A stretch of 64,000 bases of DNA, taken from positions 63,483 to 127,482 of the forward strand of contig CAYVYM010000001.1 of the NCBI GenBank assembly GCA_964455705.1, written 5' to 3'. Both the position numbers and the translations under genes were made by a program. Every line of letters begins with the position of its first letter. The stretch's first letter is position 1. A model generated the notes under the pieces. The model had not been told where the DNA came from. It searched no databases and saw only the letters and a program-made list of their open reading frames with translations. Below, one piece after another: positions 39,555 through 48,411 of this stretch. The stretch comes from an uncultured Rikenella sp. (lineage in GTDB: Bacteria; Bacteroidota; Bacteroidia; Bacteroidales; VadinHA17).

Positions 39555-41063
39555 TTACTTTATGGGTATCAGTAGCTGGGTCAGTGAGTGAGCCGGGAAA
39601 CTGTAATTAATAGTATTACCCTTGAATTTGATTTCGCTGGTGACTGTGTTAACAGGTTCCTGAGCCCTGGGATTCCCCTGAGCCGGTATCTTCCCGTTTA
39701 CCTCGCTTACTTCAGCACTCCCGGCAAGATTGCCGCTCTGCAGCATTATGTCTGCTTTGATAGCATCTGCCTCATGCCTGTTGACTACGTTTACAACCAG
39801 CATTTTGGCTGAATCATTCAGCACAGCAGTGACATCAAGATATGGTATATCTTTAATTGCCTCATTACTGTATTTTTCACAGCTCGTATAGACATCGAGA
39901 GCTGTCCCGTGGCAGTTATTGGAGAAAAGGTAGAATGCATGGAATAATGCATTCTTGAAGGCACCATCGGGGGAATTTCCCACCAGGCTTGACAGCATGG
40001 TTATATTAGCCATTTTAACTATATCGGCATGCCTGATGAAGGAGTTCAGATGCTGTGCCACCAGTAATGATGTTGTAATACTGCCGCCAAAGCCACCTGA
40101 CCATTCATCGAATGAGATATAGACAGGCCTTTTGGATCCGGATTTCATCATTGCTTTTTCAATCAGTGCCTGTACCATCTCTGTCTTTTGATCTACATCA
40201 AGACCCAGGCTCATCATGCCGGAAAAGCTCCTGTCGCCCGGGGTGAGCGCCTCGGTCGCATACCTGTGTACAGACAGATAATCAATGTTTCCGGCCATAT
40301 GGGTCAGAACGTAATCATTCCAGTCAATCCACCCGTTATCCGGCTTGTAATTTGAAGCTCCGGAAGCAATGAGCTTTATATTCTTGTCAACCAGCTGCAT
40401 CAGCTTACCTGCCTCAAGGGCGAACTTGACGTAGTCTTCTGCATTTTTTTGTCCCATCTGCCATGGTCCGTCGATCTCATTTCCCAGGGCCCAGTATTTT
40501 ACATTAAAAGGTTTTTCATTGCCATATTTCCTCCTGAGCTCTGAATAGTATGTTCCTTTTTCAACATTACAATATTCCACCCAATACCTTGCATCGTCAA
40601 GTGTGCCTGTTCCGGCATTTATGCAGATGAAGTTCTCCGATCCAATGAGACTGCAGAGCTTTACATATTCATCTGTTCCCATATGGTTGGTCTCCACCTG
40701 GTTCCACGCAAGATCAAGCCTTGCCGGGCGTAGTTCCTTCGGGCCGATGCCATCCTCCCAGTTATACCCTGAAACATAATTTCCACCCGGCCACCTGACA
40801 ACCGGTATTTTCAGCTCACTGAGCAGCTTGAGAACATCTTTCCTGAAACCGTTCTCATCAGCAAAAGAAGATTTAGGATCATAAATACTGCCATATACAA
40901 CAGTACGAATAGGTTCAATAAAAGCACCATAGATGTTCGGATCAACCGCCCCAATCTTGCGATCAAAATCAATTTTGATCACAGCCGGTTCCTGCGACTT
41001 AAGATTCCCGGTAACAATGCCGGACAAAATCATGCAACTGATTAAGATTCTTAACTTTTTCAT
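39555..41063 (-). CDS. abfA: GH51 alpha-L-arabinofuranosidase
   Basis: IYGAFIE, RWPGGNYVSGYNWEDGIGP, WALGNE (acid/base) and ISFDEW (nucleophile) motifs. Confidence 0.92.
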   Translation of the reverse strand: MKKLRILISCMILSGIVTGNLKSQEPAVIKIDFDRKIGAVDPNIYGAFIEPIRTVVYGSIYDPKSSFADENGFRKDVLKLLSELKIPVVRWPGGNYVSGYNWEDGIGPKELRPARLDLAWNQVETNHMGTDEYVKLCSLIGSENFICINAGTGTLDDARYWVEYCNVEKGTYYSELRRKYGNEKPFNVKYWALGNEIDGPWQMGQKNAEDYVKFALEAGKLMQLVDKNIKLIASGASNYKPDNGWIDWNDYVLTHMAGNIDYLSVHRYATEALTPGDRSFSGMMSLGLDVDQKTEMVQALIEKAMMKSGSKRPVYISFDEWSGGFGGSITTSLLVAQHLNSFIRHADIVKMANITMLSSLVGNSPDGAFKNALFHAFYLFSNNCHGTALDVYTSCEKYSNEAIKDIPYLDVTAVLNDSAKMLVVNVVNRHEADAIKADIMLQSGNLAGSAEVSEVNGKIPAQGNPRAQEPVNTVTSEIKFKGNTINYSFPAHSLTQLLIPIK

Positions 41064-41099
41064 AGATATTTTTTATTAATTGATTTGCAGAGATATTTA

Positions 41100-42041
41100 C
41101 TATCTGATATTTAACGCTTTAATGAAGAAATTACCGCCGACAACCATCAGGGTATTCTCATTCCCTGAAATACCCGTGAGATCTTCCTCCGAAATCACTG
41201 CCAGGTCATTGCAGTGTGAACAGGAGGTCAGCTTCATGAGCTTTCCTTTCCCGAAGACAAGAAAGAACTGTTCTTCCGGGGGGTCATATAGCATATCATT
41301 AGGAGATTCACGCAGGAAGACCGGCATGCCCTGTTCATCAGTATAATTCAGTTTCCTTTCTGTCCAGACTTTTCCCCCTGAGGAAAACATCAAAACCGGT
41401 GAGCCATCATTTCTGTTGCCTGTAATGGCTATACGATCTTCTGTTACCAGAACTCTTGTGAAATGGCAGGGCTGGTAAAAACCCGAATAAAACTCGTTGA
41501 AGTCAAGTATGTCCCAGCTGATAGCGTCAGATGAATGAATTATCTCGCCCTCGTCTGTTACTCCGAAACAGTCATCTTTGCCGGCTGAGACTGATACGAT
41601 GTTGCCCTTTACTTCAAGATGAGTCTTTCCGAAAAAACCTCCTGCATCCCCTGATAATATTTCCCCCTGGTCGCAGCCCGCTATTATAGTGTTGTTGAAT
41701 AGAGTAAGGGAATTTATATTCCTGGCTGTACAGCTTTCAACTATCCGGAACAATCCGTCTTCATGAGCTATCAGAATTCTACCGTTATCTCCTGCAACAA
41801 CTATCATCTCATCATCAGAGAGCAGGCAATTAAAGCATTCGCCCGGGAACTCTTCGGATTTCAATAACTTTCCTGATGCTGAAATACGGTCTATTCGTCC
41901 GCCTGTACCAGCTGCAATAAATCCATCCTCATATCTGATAACGGTCCTGTATCCTTCAGACCCGGTTCTTTCCCCGGGAGATAATAACATCATGCCTCCC
42001 AAAAGAACAAACAGATAGTGCAGATGCAGAAGAAAAATCAT
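41100..42041 (-). CDS. Hypothetical beta-propeller (WD40/BNR/YCF48-like) protein
   Basis: Repeated (I/V)AG..G.I..S.DG..(W/F) blades; hydrophobic N-terminus; co-oriented between the GH3 and GH51 genes. Confidence 0.6.
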   Translation of the reverse strand: MIFLLHLHYLFVLLGGMMLLSPGERTGSEGYRTVIRYEDGFIAAGTGGRIDRISASGKLLKSEEFPGECFNCLLSDDEMIVVAGDNGRILIAHEDGLFRIVESCTARNINSLTLFNNTIIAGCDQGEILSGDAGGFFGKTHLEVKGNIVSVSAGKDDCFGVTDEGEIIHSSDAISWDILDFNEFYSGFYQPCHFTRVLVTEDRIAITGNRNDGSPVLMFSSGGKVWTERKLNYTDEQGMPVFLRESPNDMLYDPPEEQFFLVFGKGKLMKLTSCSHCNDLAVISEEDLTGISGNENTLMVVGGNFFIKALNIR

Positions 42042-42051
42042 TCGGGCGAGC

Positions 42052-45000
42052 TTATTTCAGGCCATTGTTGGTTATTCTGAAATAATCATAAGCAACTTCA
42101 AAGTCACCCTGTGCCGGTTCAGGCATCTGAGACCTCATATAAGAAGGTATGCCTTCATCCGATCCTTTACAGACAATCATTCCGGTTTTCACATTATTTA
42201 AGATAACGTCAGTGGTGCCGATTGTTTTGAAGTTTTTGCCATCTGATGAACAGGATGCAATATAAAGGCTGCCTTTTTTCTCGAGCCTCATAATCAGTAT
42301 ATTGTCATCCTTTATTACCTCAGCCATACTTAATATTGCTGCAGACTTCCGGTAACCCTCGTACTCAACTACAAGTTCCACGGAACCGGGCTGAACTCCG
42401 GTTCCGCCGGAGTCGAAGAATCTTCTTCTGATATCAGGTCTGTAAACCAGCTTCACGAAATTGTCATCATCCTGGTATGCCAGAATCCCGCCGTTCTCTG
42501 AAAATCCCGACGGTTTTCTTGAGAATACCATCCTGGATTCGACTGTCCAGTCAGTATTTGCACTCTGCAAAAGAATGTTCACGGCATTATTGTTTGTTGA
42601 AACGATGTCGCCTTTATCACCCGTGATAACCAGCGATCCGGATTTTTTGGAAAGGCTCCAGCGTGCAGGATTCTCCCTTACCCAGATCCAATTCGTGTTC
42701 AGCGTGGCACTGCTGAACTCGTCGCTGACGGATTTTATCCCGAAGTTTATGAAATACTGGTTCTTTTCCACCGTGATATTGTCTGTCAGAGTGACTATTG
42801 CAGTTCCCGGAATACCACTGGCCTGGTCAACGCCTGCGGAAATATCGGAGCCTGCCGCAGAAGCATTGACATCTGGAACAGCAGAGGCCTCCTTCAGGAG
42901 ATAACTGTAAGTCTTAACCGCTGGATTAAACCCTTTGACATTCTTTCCGTTGACAGTTATTGCTGCCGGCTTCAGATCCGGCATTACCTTCAGAGGATAA
43001 CTGTCTGACAAAGTCTTCCCATTCACAGTCACATATGCAAATATTGAAACCGTTCCGACTCCGTTAGCGGTCACAATTCCTTTCTCGTCAACACCCGCCA
43101 CTGCCGGATTATTGCTTTTGTATGTCACCTTTGCATCTCTTATATTATAGAAGCTGTCATCTGACATCGCCGCGGTAACACTGGTCTGCACTTTGTTTCC
43201 GGGCCTCAAAACCACACTGCCGCATTCTGCAACAACGGTCTTCAAAACAGGATTATACGTACCACTCATCACGGCTTCTGCCTTTCCCCTGATGTCCTTT
43301 GACGATGCTCCTATCTCAAAAATGTATTTACCCTGATCAAAAGTAATTCTGTCCTTTTTGCTGTCCCAGAACCACAGATCCGCACAGTCAATATCTATCG
43401 ACACTGTCTTCGTCTGACCTGCTGGTATCGTTACCCTCTGGAACCCTTTCAGCCTCTTTACAGGTCTCTCCAGAGATGCCGGGCTATCGGGTGTCGTTAC
43501 ATAAATCTGTACTATTTCGTCTCCGTCAACTCCTCCCGTATTCTTCACGTCTGCTGATACGGTGATCTTGTCATTCGGAGTGATGGCATTCCTGCTTATG
43601 CTGAAATTGCTGTAATCGAAGTTGGTATATGAGAGTCCGTATCCGAATTCGTATGAGACCTCCTTGTCAAAATACCAGTAGGTCCTCCCGTTCTTGTCTG
43701 GTCCGCTTCTTAAGGTATAGTCGGTGATCTCCGGAAGGTCATTCAGCGACTTGTACCATGTGGCATTCAGTTTCCCTCCGGGGTTTACTTCACCAAATAG
43801 TATTTTTGCCATTGCTGTCCCCTGTGCCTGGCCGTTGAAACCGGTCCAGATTATCCCTGCCACGTTCGGATTATCCTTGAACATGTCTACCTCCACCATT
43901 CCCAGTGATTGCATCACCACTATTGTATTGGGATTGACGGCTGCAACTGCGTTGATGAGCTCATACTGATTGCCTGGCAACAGTAGTGTCAACCTGTCCA
44001 TCTCCTCTCTCGCTGTTGTCTCATCAGTTCCGACGAAAACCACTGCAACGTCAGAAGAGGCAGCCAGAGACAGGGTCTCCTGGTCAATTGCAGCTACCTC
44101 GGGTGCACGATAGACAAGCACGATAGTCTGAGGTCCTGTCACACCGAGGGAATTGACTTTGGTTGCTACTGTTCTTGATCTGCCAAAACCCATAAATCCG
44201 CCTTGCTGGTTACCGGCCACCTTTGCTGATGCCAGCATATTGCCTGTAGCTGAGCCAATTCTGACTTCAACTATCCCGCCGTCAGCGCCAGGTACAGTCA
44301 TGTTGATTTTCAATGAATCGATATCGGTAATATCTACATCGTTGTAGAGTGTCCAGTCACCGTCCTTTATCCCTCTGACTGAAAATTGTCCCATTCTTTC
44401 GCTGGCAATGATACCCTGTGCTGATGCATCAAATTTGGTGGCATCATACTCTTTTACAGCACCATTCCTGTAGATGGTTGAAAAACCGGTTACTGTGAAG
44501 AAATCGCTTCTTTTTGTTGTATTTCCGCCCGAACTGTAAAGGACTTCAGTTTTCAGTTTATTCTGTTCAATGTAATTTTTTATGCCTGCCAGGGGTGTGA
44601 TTTTAAGAGAAGCCTCGGCCTCTCCTGAATATGGTCCAAGTTCCACTCTTTCTGCCTGTGGCCCGATTACGGCAATTTTATTAATTTCAGCTGCCTTGAC
44701 AGGAAGGGCTTTTCTGCCGGTTTTGGCAACCATATTATTCTTTAGCAGAACAGGTGTCTTTGTAGCAACCTCAATTGCAAGGTCATTATGCGCAGGATCA
44801 TTGATGATACCCGGCTTAATACCCGCGTACGGAACCTTGCTTTTCGGATCAAATTCACCCAGTCTCATCCTTACCGTGAACATATTGACAAGGGCCAGGT
44901 CCATATCAGCTTCAGTGATCAGCCCCTGTTTTATTGCCTCAAGTGCACTTGTCTGGTAAACACTTCCGCAATCGGTATCAACTCCTGATTTGAGCCCCAT

Positions 45001-45897
45001 TGCAGCTGCTTCAGGATTGCTTTTTGCATAACGGTGCCCTGTAACAATATCAGAAATTGCACCACAATCTCCAGTTATATAACCATCTAAGCCGTATGTC
45101 TTTCTGGCGATCGTATCGACAAGATATTTATCGGCCGACATCGGAACACCGTTCACGGCGTTGTAACAGGTCATAATTGCCGGAAGTTTATCCTTCTCGA
45201 TAAGCGTCTTATACGGCAGAAGATAAAACTCTCTCATATCCCTGTCATCCATATCTGAGCTTCCCGTATGGCGGTTAAACTCAGAATTGTTTGCAAAGTA
45301 GTGTTTCCCGCACGGGACTGCTTTCAGATAAACCGGATCGTCCCCCATCAAACCCTGAATAAACCCTCTGCCAATCTCTGAAACAAGGAAAGGATCCTCA
45401 CCAAATGCTTCTCCCGTTCTTCCCCATCTGGGATCCCTTACGGGTTCAATCACCGGAGACCAGTAGGTAAGGGTAAAAATCACATCGTAACTAAAGCCTC
45501 TGGCTTCATCAGAAATGACAGTAGTTTCACGCTTCATCAGTGCCGGATCCCACGCAGATCCCAGGGCAACACTGTTTGGAAATGATGTGGCAGTCATTCC
45601 GCTGTTCCTGGTTCTGCCTAACACCCCATGAAGGGCCTCACCCCAGACATCGTAGAAATTAACTCCCAGTCGCGGTATGGGAGGCATTGTGTTGCCAAGC
45701 TGGCTTTGCTTTTCCTCAGGGGTCATCCTCGAAACAAGATCGGCCGCTCTTTCCTGGAAAGAATAGGCTGTGTTAAGGTATATCGGAATTTTAGCGTTCT
45801 TTGCTCCGGTTTCACCTGCTTTGTCTGCCGAAAGAAAGAATATGATCGCAAATCCGGCAAAAGCGATTAAGTTAATTTTCCCAAGTCTTTTTTTCAT
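42052..45897 (-). CDS. GH3 beta-xylosidase-like glycosidase, multidomain
   Basis: WGEALHG, RDPRWGR.GEAFGEDP, KHY and YITGDCGA motifs. CBM6-like insert (IKDGDW..Y..VD...VEVR.GS..G), Fn3-like domain (LKGFQRV), Ig-like domains and a C-terminal beta-sandwich. Confidence 0.92.
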   Translation of the reverse strand: MKKRLGKINLIAFAGFAIIFFLSADKAGETGAKNAKIPIYLNTAYSFQERAADLVSRMTPEEKQSQLGNTMPPIPRLGVNFYDVWGEALHGVLGRTRNSGMTATSFPNSVALGSAWDPALMKRETTVISDEARGFSYDVIFTLTYWSPVIEPVRDPRWGRTGEAFGEDPFLVSEIGRGFIQGLMGDDPVYLKAVPCGKHYFANNSEFNRHTGSSDMDDRDMREFYLLPYKTLIEKDKLPAIMTCYNAVNGVPMSADKYLVDTIARKTYGLDGYITGDCGAISDIVTGHRYAKSNPEAAAMGLKSGVDTDCGSVYQTSALEAIKQGLITEADMDLALVNMFTVRMRLGEFDPKSKVPYAGIKPGIINDPAHNDLAIEVATKTPVLLKNNMVAKTGRKALPVKAAEINKIAVIGPQAERVELGPYSGEAEASLKITPLAGIKNYIEQNKLKTEVLYSSGGNTTKRSDFFTVTGFSTIYRNGAVKEYDATKFDASAQGIIASERMGQFSVRGIKDGDWTLYNDVDITDIDSLKINMTVPGADGGIVEVRIGSATGNMLASAKVAGNQQGGFMGFGRSRTVATKVNSLGVTGPQTIVLVYRAPEVAAIDQETLSLAASSDVAVVFVGTDETTAREEMDRLTLLLPGNQYELINAVAAVNPNTIVVMQSLGMVEVDMFKDNPNVAGIIWTGFNGQAQGTAMAKILFGEVNPGGKLNATWYKSLNDLPEITDYTLRSGPDKNGRTYWYFDKEVSYEFGYGLSYTNFDYSNFSISRNAITPNDKITVSADVKNTGGVDGDEIVQIYVTTPDSPASLERPVKRLKGFQRVTIPAGQTKTVSIDIDCADLWFWDSKKDRITFDQGKYIFEIGASSKDIRGKAEAVMSGTYNPVLKTVVAECGSVVLRPGNKVQTSVTAAMSDDSFYNIRDAKVTYKSNNPAVAGVDEKGIVTANGVGTVSIFAYVTVNGKTLSDSYPLKVMPDLKPAAITVNGKNVKGFNPAVKTYSYLLKEASAVPDVNASAAGSDISAGVDQASGIPGTAIVTLTDNITVEKNQYFINFGIKSVSDEFSSATLNTNWIWVRENPARWSLSKKSGSLVITGDKGDIVSTNNNAVNILLQSANTDWTVESRMVFSRKPSGFSENGGILAYQDDDNFVKLVYRPDIRRRFFDSGGTGVQPGSVELVVEYEGYRKSAAILSMAEVIKDDNILIMRLEKKGSLYIASCSSDGKNFKTIGTTDVILNNVKTGMIVCKGSDEGIPSYMRSQMPEPAQGDFEVAYDYFRITNNGLK

Positions 45898-46222
45898 TGT
45901 TGAAGTTTTTGAAATATAGGCTACCGATTATAGTTTGTTTTCCAAAGTAATGTCGGGACATAAACCTCAAAATAATTTGAAATTTAATAAAACAACACCA
46001 CTTCAGAGTAAAAAAGAACAGGCTGTTCCTTTTAATTTTTCGTCAGAGATTTTAAAAATAAGTCATAAAATCCAAATCGGAGAAAAAAACTGTTTTTCCA
46101 TGAGAGGTTTCAGGTCAGGAGGATTAATTTTCGAACAAGTTTTTTATCTTTCCCTTCGGTATTGATGAGTGTAACTAAATTATCAGAAATCAGTGTAACT
46201 ATATTATTAACAGACCAGAAAA

Positions 46223-47929
46223 ATGAAAAAGATATTCGTATTTTATTTCCTCATCCTGATCTCCTGTTCAGGAAAAATCACTCAGGAAACCAAAACTTAC
46301 TGCAACCCGCTTGATCTTAATTACCGGTTTCAGTTCACTGACAGTACATCTTACCGGGAAGCTGCTGATGCATCAATGATAAGGTACAATGACAGATATA
46401 TTCTGTTCGTTTCGCACAGCGGCGGGTACTGGTATTCAGATGATTTGCTGGGATGGGACTACCTGCCTGTCAAATCACTCCCTATTGAAGACTATGCTCC
46501 GGATGCAATAGCAATCAATGACACAGTATATTTCTCTGCTTCCGCGGCGGTCAGGAAACCATTCTGGTACACTACTGATCCGTTTCAGGATGACTGGAAA
46601 CCCATGAATGACACTTTACCATTTGCAGTATGGGATCCGCATTTCTTCGTCGATGATGACGGTCAAAGATACCTTTACTGGGGATGTTCAAATTTCCTTC
46701 CTATCTATGGTGTACGGCTCAATTCGAAAATGCAGGCTGTTACTGAACCCGCGATCCTGATTAAACATAATCCGGAAAAATACGGCTGGGAAGTGCCGGG
46801 CGAGCAGAATGAGCTGACAAGAAATGGATGGAATGAAGGAGCCTGGATGACAAAATACAACAACCGGTACTACCTCCAGTACGCTGCTCCCGGAACAGAA
46901 TACAAAACTTATGCTGACGGTGTTTATACCTCCGATTCACCGCTGGGACCGTTTGAATATGAAACCTACAGTCCTTTTTCCTATAAACCGGCCGGTTTTG
47001 CCGGAGGGGCCGGCCACGGTTCAACATTCCAGGACAATTACGGAAATTACTGGCATATAGCAACTATGTCTATTTCAATACGCCATATGTTTGAACGACG
47101 TCTCGGGTTGTTCCCGGCAGCATTCGACAAAGACGGTGTGCTGAGGACTTTTACTGTTTTCGGAGATTACCCCACTATCATGCCTGACCGTAAGGTTGAT
47201 TTTGAAAAAGAAAGCCTTTTCAAAGGTTGGATGCTTCTTTCTTATAAAAAGAGTGCGGAAGCATCTTCCGCCATGGAAAGCTATCCCGTGAATAATGCTT
47301 TTGATGAAGATATAAGAACGTGGTGGTCAGCCAATACCGGGGATGCAGGAGAATGGCTCAACGTGGAACTCGATGACAATTCAACCGTGTGGGCAATCCA
47401 GGTAAACTTTGCTGACAATATGTCAAATCTTAAGCCAGACAGCAGGAACATCAGCTATAGTTATCGTATTCTCTCCTCCGGTGACGGGGAATCATGGGAT
47501 GTCATAGTTGACAAAAGCAGTAATACCATAGATGCCTGTCATGACTATATCGAGCTCGGGAAGCCCGTCAGGACCAAATACATTAAAATTGAAAATGTCA
47601 AGGTTCCTGATGGTATGTTTTCCATTTCTGATCTGAGAATATTTGGCCACAGAGAAGGTAAGGTACCTGCTACTGTTGATGATTTCACTGTAATCAGGGA
47701 TGAGGCTGATCCAAGAAAGGCGGGATTGGAATGGCTGAACGACGAAAATGCTACAGGTTACATAATAAACTATGGTGTTGATAAAAACAAACTCTATTCC
47801 TCAGTGATGGTCTATGATGCCGCTTCGCTGGTGCTGACGGGCCTGAACAGAGATGTGACATACTATTTCAGTATTGACGCATTCAATGAATCAGGGATCG
47901 CCCGGGGCACAAAAGTCATAATGAAATAG
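46223..47929 (+). CDS. GH43 family glycoside hydrolase lipoprotein with F5/8 type C (CBM32-like) and Fn3 domains
   Basis: Lipobox LISC; YCNPL, READ-like REAAD, WDPHFFVDDDG, WNEGAWM and GAGHGSTFQD motifs; discoidin-like AFDEDIRTWWSA. Confidence 0.88.
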   Translation: MKKIFVFYFLILISCSGKITQETKTYCNPLDLNYRFQFTDSTSYREAADASMIRYNDRYILFVSHSGGYWYSDDLLGWDYLPVKSLPIEDYAPDAIAINDTVYFSASAAVRKPFWYTTDPFQDDWKPMNDTLPFAVWDPHFFVDDDGQRYLYWGCSNFLPIYGVRLNSKMQAVTEPAILIKHNPEKYGWEVPGEQNELTRNGWNEGAWMTKYNNRYYLQYAAPGTEYKTYADGVYTSDSPLGPFEYETYSPFSYKPAGFAGGAGHGSTFQDNYGNYWHIATMSISIRHMFERRLGLFPAAFDKDGVLRTFTVFGDYPTIMPDRKVDFEKESLFKGWMLLSYKKSAEASSAMESYPVNNAFDEDIRTWWSANTGDAGEWLNVELDDNSTVWAIQVNFADNMSNLKPDSRNISYSYRILSSGDGESWDVIVDKSSNTIDACHDYIELGKPVRTKYIKIENVKVPDGMFSISDLRIFGHREGKVPATVDDFTVIRDEADPRKAGLEWLNDENATGYIINYGVDKNKLYSSVMVYDAASLVLTGLNRDVTYYFSIDAFNESGIARGTKVIMK

Positions 47930-48411
47930 TCAGACTTACATACTAAAGATTATTCTGTCGGGTAAACCGGGCAAGCATCCGGAGTGGGTGTACTATGCCT
48001 GAAAATGCCCTTTCCGGCTATGCAATAGACTGGAGAGAATAAATTCATTCCACGGGACAGCGTAAATGAATTATGTTAAACTCTATGAAATCGGTTGCAT
48101 TATTAAATATATTTATTATATTTACCATGTTGTAGAATTTTTTCCAAGGGTAGTATTGCAGGATTTTGTTTGAAATGTGGAAGGGAACAGTGATGTGTTA
48201 AGGTCTCAAGGTTCCCATCTGCTGTGGTGAATGATGTTTTGTAAAGAACAGACTATATATTGTTACATCAGACAAAATTAGGACCATGCAAATCAATGAC
48301 AATTCCCCATGAAAAAGGAAGCCTGCTTCCTGACCGTTTACAGGATGAGACCCTGATTTGAGATCGGTCTCATTGAAAAAACAGAAAATTAAACCTTAAA
48401 ACCAAAATCTT

